Origin: a virus
Taxonomy: Duplodnaviria > Caudoviricetes
DNA length: 26,275 nucleotides
Reading direction: 5' to 3' (one strand)
Virus record (IMG/VR): IMGVR_UViG_3300037511_000161
Coordinates: 1 to 26,275 of that record
Shown here: piece by piece, positions 7,878-16,660 of the stretch
Layout: every line of letters begins with the position of its first letter
How positions within the stretch are numbered: position 1 is the stretch's first letter
Position numbers and translations under genes: made by a program
Notes under the pieces: model-generated
Seen by the model: the letters and a program-made list of their open reading frames with translations, nothing else
Databases searched by the model: none
Told to the model about the DNA's origin: nothing

Positions 7878-10634
7878 GTGCCGGGCCCGTTCTCGTTCGC
7901 TTGGTGCGGCGGCACGATCCAGGAGCAGGTGCTCATTTCCACGACCGGCAACACCCATGGCGGGCAGATATTGACACTGACCGCCACCGGCTCGGTCGAG
8001 ACCGGCTTACAGCAGCTCTTTAATCTCGCGCCGGCCGTCGATCTGGACGGCTACGCGCTCTATGGCATCGCGGGCGCCGGTGTCGCTGACGACACGCTGT
8101 TTATCTACGACAACTCGGTGCTGTCCGGCGAGACCGGCACAATCAATCTCTCGGCTGCGGCGACCGGCACCTATACATCGGCCACCTACAAACTCACCAA
8201 GGCCGTGTCGTTCGGCACGATCTCGGCGACAACGACGCTGGACAGCGCCACAATCACATTGCCGGCCGATCTCGATCTGCCGGCCGGTACGTATCAAGTG
8301 AACGGCACTTTCATCGGCAACACGCTGGCGCCGCCGCCGGATGACGAGGGCACGGTCGCCGACGAGACGATGCTGGTCTCCGGTGCGCTCATTGATTACG
8401 ACGGCGCGTCGCCGGACGTGGATATGTACATTTACGCGCTGGTGGATGATGCCGTCGTGCAGCAAGACGTGACCGCATCAGGCTCCGGCGAGGTGCCGGT
8501 CAACATCACCGGGTTTGCCGATCAAGATTGGTACAGCATCACCAGCATCCCGATGGGCGTGCTGGCGGACCTCGTGCCGGGCTTGCGTTACAACATCGCC
8601 GGCAACGGCATTCCGGTCGGCACGACGTTTGTTGCGCCCGACAGCCCGGCGACGGCGACGAGCCTCGTGCTTGAACAGCCAGCGACCTCGGCCGAGATCG
8701 GCGCGCTCCTGACCATCACAGGGCCGCGCACACCGGACGTTGACTTCGACCCGGCCGTGCATAACCGCTTTGACGAAGAGGTGCTGAGCGTCACGATCAG
8801 CCAAGAGGAAGGCGGGTTCGCGACGTTGGACATCGAGCTGCGCAATCCGAACGTGGGGCTTCTCGCGCTCGGGCGGCAACTGTGGTGCTGGCTATCCTGG
8901 GATCAGGCGTGGACAGCGGACGGCAGTGGCACACCGGACCTCGTGCCGCTGTTCAACGGTCAGCTTGTCGGCGTGCCGAGTCTGGCTGTGGGCGAGGTCG
9001 TAACATTGCAGTTCCGGGCGAGGCCGGACGATTACCTGGCGCAGAAGTCCGCGCTTGTCGACGACATGAAGGCGCTGCCGTATTGGGACCCGATCTGGGT
9101 GGCGGCGGACGTGTCGCAGGACACGGTGCTCGAAACCTACTCCGCGCTGTGGCACGTCGATCGGGTCACGCTGGAATTGTCCGCCAGCGACATCCTCGAC
9201 GGCGAGGACGGCATCGTCTCGATAGATGAAAGCGACGCATTCTACGATGCCTTCTCGCTGACCGTTGGGGATGCGCCGCTGACTGCCGTTACCGTTTCGG
9301 GCACGGTCGAATGGCAGCAACGTGGTGACGGCACGGTTGAGGTAACGCAGCGGCTTGTGAACGCCTTCGCAAATGCGGGATCGCCCTATAGGACATCGTT
9401 CCCGTTGCGTCACGGCGACAGCGGCGGCGGGGGCTTGATTAGCACCGTCAACGGCGACGGACTGAAATCGGACTGGCCGAAGCCAGGGGCTAGCATCGGC
9501 GGCGGCTGGAGCCTGACAACACGCAATGACGGCAGCGGCAAACCGCTGTGCTATATCGAAGACTCGGTTCAAAACGGCACGTTCCGACAAACAAATTACA
9601 CGGTGAGGTTTACCGGCCAACAAAAGCCGGCCACCTCCGCGGATAGCACCGTGGAGGAGAACGCGGTCGCGGCTTATACCGCGAGTTATGGGCAGTACGA
9701 GGCGAGTTTCCCGATCTCGATCTACAAAGTGCGGATGGTGCTGCAATGGCGGGCCGACCGGCGGCGCACCGAGACGGTGGCGGCGGTCGTCTCAGCTAAT
9801 GTGCAGCGCATGCTGACCGACACCGCAGATGCCGACGCGGAGGATGTCAGCCTCACGTCGCAATATGTCGGGCAAGGCGTGGATGCCGGCGGCGAGGTGC
9901 CGATCGGCTCGCTCACGAAGGCGAGCTACTTTCAGACCGACCGCGGCGCATCGAGCTTCGAAAACCTGCTGCTGCAAGCGCGGGCCAAGATGCGCGCTAA
10001 GTCCCGCGCCATCGAGATTGCGTTTGCCGTCGATTGGCGCACGGCGCTGACAATCACTTTGCGCAACAGCGTCACGCTCAGCGACCGGCGCATTGCCGGC
10101 GGCCGCGCTACAGGCAAGGTCAAGTCGTACAAGCTCACCGTCGCCGATGGCGTCATGCTCGGCGAGTTCGTCATCGGCGTGCCCATCGGCACGGGCGCGG
10201 CGTCTTCGGGCACGATCGGCGAGGAAACCTACGTCGAAACCGATTATGTCGCCGATGGCTGGCAAGTGATCGACGGCGGCCAGGACGCGGTGGTTGATGC
10301 AGAGCTTTACTATCAGTCACTCGACCAGTTCGCGATCCAGGACGACGGCATCGACCTGACAAACCTTACGGTCGATACCGCGGTGAACGCCTGCTGGGTG
10401 AAGGACGGGCTGATCGAACAACTCGACGTGCTGAGCCAGTACCAACGCAAGCAGGCGCCGACCGACGGCGATCCAATCTCGGCTGCGGTCAAGATGAAGA
10501 CCACCGTGACGCTTGATCTTGTGCCGGTTGCCGGTGCCGAGTTTCACACCTCGTTCTATCCGGCGGTAAGCATGCTGGCCTTGCCGAAAGGCCTCGACCT
10601 GTCAGCCGCGGCGAGCCGCTCCCGTGCCATTTGA
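7878..10634 (+). CDS. Large tail tip / baseplate hub protein
   Basis: 918 aa, acidic and beta-rich, follows the Dit-like gene. Contains I.QEEG.FATL.IE.RNP and PLF.G..VGVP patterns. GGAGG SD upstream. Confidence 0.7.
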   Translation: MPGPFSFAWCGGTIQEQVLISTTGNTHGGQILTLTATGSVETGLQQLFNLAPAVDLDGYALYGIAGAGVADDTLFIYDNSVLSGETGTINLSAAATGTYTSATYKLTKAVSFGTISATTTLDSATITLPADLDLPAGTYQVNGTFIGNTLAPPPDDEGTVADETMLVSGALIDYDGASPDVDMYIYALVDDAVVQQDVTASGSGEVPVNITGFADQDWYSITSIPMGVLADLVPGLRYNIAGNGIPVGTTFVAPDSPATATSLVLEQPATSAEIGALLTITGPRTPDVDFDPAVHNRFDEEVLSVTISQEEGGFATLDIELRNPNVGLLALGRQLWCWLSWDQAWTADGSGTPDLVPLFNGQLVGVPSLAVGEVVTLQFRARPDDYLAQKSALVDDMKALPYWDPIWVAADVSQDTVLETYSALWHVDRVTLELSASDILDGEDGIVSIDESDAFYDAFSLTVGDAPLTAVTVSGTVEWQQRGDGTVEVTQRLVNAFANAGSPYRTSFPLRHGDSGGGGLISTVNGDGLKSDWPKPGASIGGGWSLTTRNDGSGKPLCYIEDSVQNGTFRQTNYTVRFTGQQKPATSADSTVEENAVAAYTASYGQYEASFPISIYKVRMVLQWRADRRRTETVAAVVSANVQRMLTDTADADAEDVSLTSQYVGQGVDAGGEVPIGSLTKASYFQTDRGASSFENLLLQARAKMRAKSRAIEIAFAVDWRTALTITLRNSVTLSDRRIAGGRATGKVKSYKLTVADGVMLGEFVIGVPIGTGAASSGTIGEETYVETDYVADGWQVIDGGQDAVVDAELYYQSLDQFAIQDDGIDLTNLTVDTAVNACWVKDGLIEQLDVLSQYQRKQAPTDGDPISAAVKMKTTVTLDLVPVAGAEFHTSFYPAVSMLALPKGLDLSAAASRSRAI

Positions 10635-11100
10635 GGGGTTTGTTCGGCCGTATCAATCGCCCGGCACGCTCGGTCGCATCCGCATTGCGGCCACTCCCGG
10701 CGCCACGAAAGAGCGAGCGAGGCTCACATGGGGCAGCACGAGCGACGGCAAGATAACGCCGGCGCGCTCAGGCACGAACGTCGAATGCTGCAAGCGCTCA
10801 AGCAAGCAGAGCGACCACAAAGACAGCGATTTCGAGGACGTGGCGGTCGTGGCGCCGGACGGTGGCCCCTCTGCCGGGCAGCGTGTCGATTTCCAACGCG
10901 CCAATAAGCTCAAATTCAAGCAGCGCGAAGAAAGCTCCTGCATTTCCGATTGGGACCAGATGTCGGGCGTCGCTCTCGGTACGTCCGAGGCGCTTGCCGA
11001 GTTCGAGGCGGACATGGCGTTTGCCGGCGACAATTCGACAAGCTCGGAATGCGGCGTTTCCTGGAGCTTGCACAACACACCAGACGGGAAAGCAGCCTGA
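10624..11100 (+). CDS. Hypothetical tail-tip protein, paralog A
   Basis: 158 aa; shares two near-identical blocks with the next gene. Confidence 0.7.
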   Translation: MPFEGFVRPYQSPGTLGRIRIAATPGATKERARLTWGSTSDGKITPARSGTNVECCKRSSKQSDHKDSDFEDVAVVAPDGGPSAGQRVDFQRANKLKFKQREESSCISDWDQMSGVALGTSEALAEFEADMAFAGDNSTSSECGVSWSLHNTPDGKAA

Positions 11101-11564
11101 TGCCGTTTGAGAGCTTTGTTAGACCCTACCAAAGTCCTGGGGCGCTCGGTCGCACGATTATTGCATCGACCCCCGGTGCTACCAAAGAGCGAGCCACTTT
11201 GACGTGGGGCGCTACTTCCGACGGCAAGATCGTGCCGGCACGCAGCGGCACGAATGTCGAATGCTGCTCAAGCAAGGAGACCGAGTTCGAGCGCGAGACC
11301 AACGTCTTGCGGATCACTCAAGACAACGAACCTGAGAATTGGGTTGACGTGGCGCGCGCCAGCAAGATGAAGCTGAATAACAAGCACAAAAACGAGTGTG
11401 CAAGCGAATGGGACCAGATGAGCGGCGTTGCCTTTGGTACGAGTGAAGCATTGGCCGAGTTCGAAATGGACATGGAATTTGCCGGCGACAACACGACCGA
11501 CGAGCAATGCAAGCACGAGATCACCTATAAGCCAAACACGCGGCCAGCAGCCGCAGCTTCATGA
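11100..11564 (+). CDS. Hypothetical tail-tip protein, paralog B
   Basis: ATG at 11100 overlaps the stop of paralog A (TGATG). 154 aa, MPFESFVRPYQSPG...; 48 of the first 56 residues are identical to paralog A. Confidence 0.75.
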   Translation: MPFESFVRPYQSPGALGRTIIASTPGATKERATLTWGATSDGKIVPARSGTNVECCSSKETEFERETNVLRITQDNEPENWVDVARASKMKLNNKHKNECASEWDQMSGVAFGTSEALAEFEMDMEFAGDNTTDEQCKHEITYKPNTRPAAAAS

Positions 11565-12370
11565 GCGATAGCGGAAATACCTATACCGAGTTTCCCGGCG
11601 ATGAAATCATTGCGGTGCATTTCAAAGAGAACAATGGCGGCGGCCCGCCTGACACTGGCGGCGATCCCTACGCCTATTGCGGCATGTTTGAAAATGGCCT
11701 GGTTCCGGGCGCACCGATAGGTTTCAGCGGCGTCTACACGCTGTGGGTCGCTAATATGTATATGCACATTCCCGACAGCAATCTCGGTCATGACGCAGAC
11801 AAGCCGTGGATGTATTTCCCCTGTTTCCAAGATTACGTCACAATGGGACTGGCAACCATCCGTCCGTATGTGTGGGGGTCACCCGAGAAATGGACGCTGA
11901 CCTGGCTAGGAATATCGGGTTATCCCGGCGCCGTTTCCAGGTACAAGATATGGCGCAATACAAACCCGCAACTGTTCGGCAATATGCTGTCCGATCCGCC
12001 GCCCGCCGATGAAATCATAAACGGCGCGCAAGCGACGATCCCGTTCATCAACGTCGATACGGAGTATTACCCGCCAATGTTCATGGTCGAGGTGATGCGA
12101 ACGTCTGCCGTGCCGTGGGAAACCGTGCGTTACCCGCACATGACAGTGCAGGCGCACTGCCAGTTTACAACCGTGGGTGCCTTGCCGCCGCAACCGCCGG
12201 GCTGGGGTACGTTTTTTAATATCAACTCATTGTGGGTCTACCCGATGCCCGGCAGCATCAATGACCCGCTGCATCCGCCGCCCGTGCCGCCGCCGTTACG
12301 CTACCGCGCCGAGCCGCCGACGCACCGGCACGCGCTCGACCCGCATAACTACCTCGGGGGCTGCTGCTAG
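11561..12370 (+). CDS. Hypothetical tail-region protein (Trp/Tyr/Pro-rich)
   Basis: 269 aa, coupled to both neighbours (ATGA; TAGTG). Visibly more AT-rich than the flanking genes. Confidence 0.65.
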   Translation: MSDSGNTYTEFPGDEIIAVHFKENNGGGPPDTGGDPYAYCGMFENGLVPGAPIGFSGVYTLWVANMYMHIPDSNLGHDADKPWMYFPCFQDYVTMGLATIRPYVWGSPEKWTLTWLGISGYPGAVSRYKIWRNTNPQLFGNMLSDPPPADEIINGAQATIPFINVDTEYYPPMFMVEVMRTSAVPWETVRYPHMTVQAHCQFTTVGALPPQPPGWGTFFNINSLWVYPMPGSINDPLHPPPVPPPLRYRAEPPTHRHALDPHNYLGGCC

Positions 12371-15177
12371 TGGACATCACCTATCGCACCTTGGGACCGT
12401 GGGGATCAGGCAAGGGTGCAAACCTGCAGCCGAGCGAAGTCGATACGAATTTCTGGTCGCTCGCCGAAGCTATCGTAGCGCTGCAAACAAACCCGGCGCA
12501 GCCGGTCGGGATTGCCAGCATCACCGTCTCCGGTACGCAGATGTATATCTCGTTGACCGACGGCACGGTGCTCGGCCCATTTACTCTGCCGGTGCTTTCC
12601 TTCCGCTGGCGCGGCGAGTGGGAAGCTGGCGCGGATTATGTCGCGCTCGATGTCATATCGGTGGAGTTCACCGGCATTTTTATGTGCCAGGTCAGCCATA
12701 CGTCCGGCGCCACGTTCGACATCAACCAGGAAATCGGCGGCACGCTCGTTTGGTTGCAGTTGTTCGGCAGCGTTGACGCGAGCTTGAGTGGGCTTAGCGA
12801 CGTTTATATCGACCCTGTCGAATCGGTCGGCGACGCGCTGGTGTGGACGTACCACGACGGCGGGATCGGGTATAAGTGGACAAACAGGCATCTTGGCGAC
12901 CTGGCGTTCCAGGAGCCATTTAACGTCGCGATCACCGGCGGCTCGATCACCGGGATGGCCGCGCCGGTCAATCCGGGCGATGTCGTTAACAAAGCATACG
13001 TCGATGCGCTGCCGGCCGGGATGACATCCGGCCCCGGCACGATGATGGCAAATGCCTCGACCGTAACCGGGCCGGCGATACCGACGCATTTAAGCGATTA
13101 CCTCGACTATGTGTTCACCAGCACGGTCGCGGGCACGATCATTTATCGGTCGAGCACAAGCTGGACCGTGTTGCCGCCCGGCACCTCCGGCCAGTTTTTA
13201 AAAACCAACGGACCCGGCCTTGACCCCGCGTGGGCGCCGGGCGGCTCGGGCGTGACCAGCATCACGGCGGGCACCGGGATCAGCACGGGCGCGGGGCCGA
13301 TCGTCGCTACCGGCACCGTCTCGCTCGATCCGGTGCCGGATCGGAATTTTTTGTCGAATATCTCCGGCGCGTCTGCGCCGCCGACGCCGCACACGCTGTC
13401 GGCCTTTCTGGATGTTGTGCTGAGCAACGCTCGCGGCAGCGTTTTGACCCGCACAATCGGCGGCTGGGTCAGCCTGGCGCCCGGTCTTATCGGGCAGACG
13501 CTCACATCGCAGGGCGCCAGCGCCGACCTTATCTGGACAAGTCCGGCCGGCGGCGGCACCGTGACCAGCATCAACGCCGGCAGCGGGATCAGCACGGGCG
13601 GCGCGCCGATCACCGGCTCCGGCAGCGTGTCGCTCGCATCTGTTGCTAACCAAACGCTGCTCGCCAACATCTCCGGCAGCAGCACGGCGCCGACTCCTAC
13701 CGCGTTGTCGGCGCTGTTCGATGCAATCCTCGGTTCGGCACAGGGCTCAGTTCTTTACCGCGCCGCCACAGGTTGGGCGGCGCTGGGACCGGGGACGAAC
13801 GGCCAAGTGCTGACCTCGGGCGGTTCGGCAGCGAACCCGGCTTGGGCCGCAGCAGTGACGGGCGCACCGATCGCCTCCTTAAACATGCTCGCGAACCTGA
13901 CGGGCGGCACCGCGACAGCCACCGGGCAGACCGTTTCGGCGGTGCTCGATGCCGTGTTTTCGTCAGCGCGCGGATCGATTCTGTTCCGGGGCGCATCCGC
14001 CTGGCAGGCACTGGCGCCGGGCACGTCGGGCCAGCTATTGCAGACCGGCGGCAGCTCGGGCAACCCGAGTTGGACGACGGTCGCGACCGGGGGCGCCAGG
14101 GTCACGGTATCGGACACCGCGCCAACATCGCCGGCTCCCGTAGCGGGCGACCTGTGGTGGTGTTCCGCGGTAGGTGTGGGGCAGCTCTTCGTCTACTACA
14201 CGGACCCCGATAGCTCCGCGTGGATTCAGGCGAACAGCGCGCCGGCAACAACGGGCGCCAGTGCCACTCAAATTGACGCCTATACGACTGCGGGAACGCT
14301 GACCTGGACAAAGCCGGCCGGCGCGGTTGCGGTGACGGTCATTTTGTACGGCGGCGGCGGCGGCGGCGGCGCTGGTGTGGGCGCGGCAGCCGGAAGCGCG
14401 CGGGGCGGCGGTTCTGGCGGCGGCGGCGGCGCGAGCGTAATCCGCACATTCGCAGCGGCGGATTTAGGCGTATCGGAGACGGTGACGATCGGCGCGGGAG
14501 GTGGCGGTGCGACCACCAGTGCCGGCAACGGGATCGCCGGAGGCAACACGGCGTTCGGGACGCGGTTCACTTCGTTCGGCGGGGGCGCCGGCCGAGGCGG
14601 CGGCACCACTCTGGGCTCGTCAGGTGGCAGCGGGGGCGGCAGTGGTGGCCCAGGAAACGCTGGCAGCACCGCAGCGGCAGTCGGTGGTCTACCGACCACT
14701 TCGAGCACACTGCCCGGTGTCGGCGGCGGCGGCGGCGCGTCGCAGATGGGAGCCGAATGGGGCGGCGGCGGCGGCGGCAGCTCTGCCGCTAACGGCGGGG
14801 CCGGTGCCGCGGCGGGTCCATCGCTTTACGGCGCGGGTGGTGGCGGCGCCGCCGGCGGCATCACGACCGGCAATGCCGCCGGCACAAGTGGCGCGGGCGG
14901 CGGCGTAAACACCTACGTAACGACCGTCTCAGCGGGAGGCGGCGGCGCGGCAGGAGCAGCAACCGGGGCAGTCGGCAGTGACGGCACCGCCGGCAACAGC
15001 ACCCGCGGCGGCACCGGCGGCGGCGGCGGCGGCGCGAACACGAGCGGCACCGGCGGCAAGGGCGGCAACGGCGCGGTCCCTGGCGGCGGCGGCGGCGGCG
15101 GCGGCGGGGGCACTCCCACTCAGGGCAACGGCGGCGACGGCGGCGCGGGCTCGGCCTACGTCATCACCTATTTTTGA
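12370..15177 (+). CDS. Tail fibre with internal repeats and glycine-rich C-terminal domain
   Basis: 935 aa. N-terminal W...G..L...EVD.NF anchor, WRGEW....Y...D module, NKAYVD motif, repeated shaft units, then WTKPAGA..V.V...GGGGGG Gly-rich domain ending G..YVITYF. Confidence 0.85.
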   Translation: MDITYRTLGPWGSGKGANLQPSEVDTNFWSLAEAIVALQTNPAQPVGIASITVSGTQMYISLTDGTVLGPFTLPVLSFRWRGEWEAGADYVALDVISVEFTGIFMCQVSHTSGATFDINQEIGGTLVWLQLFGSVDASLSGLSDVYIDPVESVGDALVWTYHDGGIGYKWTNRHLGDLAFQEPFNVAITGGSITGMAAPVNPGDVVNKAYVDALPAGMTSGPGTMMANASTVTGPAIPTHLSDYLDYVFTSTVAGTIIYRSSTSWTVLPPGTSGQFLKTNGPGLDPAWAPGGSGVTSITAGTGISTGAGPIVATGTVSLDPVPDRNFLSNISGASAPPTPHTLSAFLDVVLSNARGSVLTRTIGGWVSLAPGLIGQTLTSQGASADLIWTSPAGGGTVTSINAGSGISTGGAPITGSGSVSLASVANQTLLANISGSSTAPTPTALSALFDAILGSAQGSVLYRAATGWAALGPGTNGQVLTSGGSAANPAWAAAVTGAPIASLNMLANLTGGTATATGQTVSAVLDAVFSSARGSILFRGASAWQALAPGTSGQLLQTGGSSGNPSWTTVATGGARVTVSDTAPTSPAPVAGDLWWCSAVGVGQLFVYYTDPDSSAWIQANSAPATTGASATQIDAYTTAGTLTWTKPAGAVAVTVILYGGGGGGGAGVGAAAGSARGGGSGGGGGASVIRTFAAADLGVSETVTIGAGGGGATTSAGNGIAGGNTAFGTRFTSFGGGAGRGGGTTLGSSGGSGGGSGGPGNAGSTAAAVGGLPTTSSTLPGVGGGGGASQMGAEWGGGGGGSSAANGGAGAAAGPSLYGAGGGGAAGGITTGNAAGTSGAGGGVNTYVTTVSAGGGGAAGAATGAVGSDGTAGNSTRGGTGGGGGGANTSGTGGKGGNGAVPGGGGGGGGGGTPTQGNGGDGGAGSAYVITYF
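13036..14079 (+). repeat. Protein-level repeats in the fibre shaft (A-B-A-B-A-A)
   Basis: Four ~65 aa units (L.N.SG....P...LS..LD......GS.L.R...W..L.PG..GQ.L...G....W) and two ~35 aa units (VTSI.AG.GISTG..PI...G.VSL). Confidence 0.85.
15082..15105 (+). repeat. (GGC)8 trinucleotide run encoding poly-Gly
   Basis: Read directly from the sequence. A second run, (GGC)7, lies at 14350-14370. Confidence 0.9.
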
Positions 15178-15188
15178 GGCGCAGCGCA

Positions 15189-16124
15189 ATGGCACTGGAT
15201 TTCCCGGCTAGTCCTACCGAAGGTCAGGTGTTCAGCTCGGGCGCGATGAGCTGGGCCTATTCGTCGGGCAAGTGGGTCGGCGGCTCCGTCGCCTCCGGCG
15301 GCGACATCGCGGCGGTTATCGCCGGTGTTGGCTTGAGCGGCGGCGGCTCGAGCGGCGATGTGACGCTGAGCCTGGCCAATACCTCGGTAACGCCGGGCAG
15401 TTATCAGGGATTGACGGTTGATGCGCAGGGCCGCGTCACCGCCGCGAGCAATCAGTCTTATCTGAGCGGTATCGTGCCGATCGCCAGCGGCGGCTCGGGA
15501 CAGGTAACTGCCGGCGCCGCCTTCAACGCACTGGCCGCGAGCGGCGGGACGATTGGCGCCAGCACGACGCTGAATGGCTCGCTGACAATCAATGCCGGGA
15601 CGGGCAATCTGTCGTTAACAACGAATAGCGGCACTGCTTGTGGGGTGTATTTTACCGTAACCGGGACGAGGGGTTGGGTGAGCTATGTTGCCGCCGACGG
15701 CTCCTACAACGTCTTTGACGGCACCGCTGCGGCGACCCGGATCGCCATCACTACGGCCGGAGCGTGCTCGGCTTCTTCGACCTGGGCGGTGATTTCCGAT
15801 CCGTTACTAAAACGTGAGGTCGTGGAATATCCCCGCGGTCTGAAGGAGCTGTGTGGGCTAACGCCGATTGCATTCTCCTGGAACGGGCAATACGGCACGA
15901 CCGACGACGGGACGGTGCATTACGGGTTGTCGGCGCAAGAGGTGGCCGATTATCTGCCTGAGCTGATCCGCGATTATGAGTATGCGCCGCCGGCGCGTGA
16001 TGATGACGATCCGGCGACGCCGGTGACGCTGAAATCCTATTCGCCGACGGATCTGGTGTTTGTGCTTATCAACGCGGTAAAAGAATTGTCCGCGCGGCTG
16101 GAGGCATTGGAGGCGGCGCGGTAG
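15189..16124 (+). CDS. Second fibre/spike protein with C-terminal intramolecular chaperone (peptidase S74-like)
   Basis: ATG at 15189 after GAGG. Contains SDPLLK...., L.PI.F.W, GLSAQEV...LPELI and LINAVKELSARLEALE chaperone motifs, plus the TVDAQGRVT fibre motif. Confidence 0.85.
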   Translation: MALDFPASPTEGQVFSSGAMSWAYSSGKWVGGSVASGGDIAAVIAGVGLSGGGSSGDVTLSLANTSVTPGSYQGLTVDAQGRVTAASNQSYLSGIVPIASGGSGQVTAGAAFNALAASGGTIGASTTLNGSLTINAGTGNLSLTTNSGTACGVYFTVTGTRGWVSYVAADGSYNVFDGTAAATRIAITTAGACSASSTWAVISDPLLKREVVEYPRGLKELCGLTPIAFSWNGQYGTTDDGTVHYGLSAQEVADYLPELIRDYEYAPPARDDDDPATPVTLKSYSPTDLVFVLINAVKELSARLEALEAAR

Positions 16125-16133
16125 GCCGATGGT

Positions 16134-16349
16134 GTGCTGGCAACACTTGTCGCCGCCTGGATCGTTCTGACCGGACCGGACGGCCAGCGGATACTCGTGG
16201 CACCGCAGCACATCGTCAGCATGCGGGCGCCGCGGGCGCGGGACCACTTTGCGCGCGGAACAAATTGCCTGCTGCTGACCGATGATGGGAAGCTGATCTC
16301 CGTCGCGAACCGCTGCGACGACATTCAGCGCGGCATCGAGGGGCATTAG
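16134..16349 (+). CDS. Small hypothetical protein with FlbD/SwrD-like pattern
   Basis: 71 aa: IVLTGPDGQRILV.P.HI.SM...T...L.DGK.I.V...CDDI...I. Confidence 0.55.
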   Translation: MLATLVAAWIVLTGPDGQRILVAPQHIVSMRAPRARDHFARGTNCLLLTDDGKLISVANRCDDIQRGIEGH

Positions 16350-16363
16350 CGCGCGAGGCCAAC

Positions 16364-16534
16364 ATGATCGTCCAGCTCGATATTACAAACAACCTGCCGG
16401 TCACGATAATCGTCAATTCCGAAAGCGCGACGGGACAACCGATCGTGCCGGGGCAGATACTTCAAGCGACCTTCTCGCTTGTCCCGGACAGCGACGGCGT
16501 TGCGCATATCCATCTGTTTATCGACCGCGAGTAA
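16364..16534 (+). CDS. Small beta-rich hypothetical protein (56 aa, not in ORF track)
   Basis: GAGG SD, ATG at 16364, MIVQLDITNNLPVTIIVNSESATGQPIVPGQILQATFSLVPDSDGVAHIHLFIDRE, TAA at 16532-16534. Confidence 0.65.
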   Translation: MIVQLDITNNLPVTIIVNSESATGQPIVPGQILQATFSLVPDSDGVAHIHLFIDRE

Positions 16535-16625
16535 CAGCGAGTATGCCGGCCTGCTCGTTCCGCCGGTCGGCAGAGGGTGGGCTGCGTCCAGGCCGCTGGG
16601 CGCAGGGGATGGGGTTGCATATTGC

Positions 16626-16647
16626 AGCGCCGCGGCCGGCGCTTTTT
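16626..16647 (+). terminator. Intrinsic terminator-like hairpin
   Basis: AGCGCCG-cggc-CGGCGCT followed by a T run, immediately before the SD of the next gene. Confidence 0.5.
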
Positions 16648-16660
16648 GAAAGGACTTAAC

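Noticed and set aside
10624-11564. Paralog pair as the template and variable repeats of a diversity-generating retroelement
   Set aside because: Differences are largely synonymous and not confined to adenines, both copies are intact genes, and no reverse transcriptase is in the window.
13036-15177. Fibre repeats or GGC runs as a CRISPR array or phase-variation switch
   Set aside because: They are degenerate coding repeats with no spacer structure, and triplet slippage keeps the frame.
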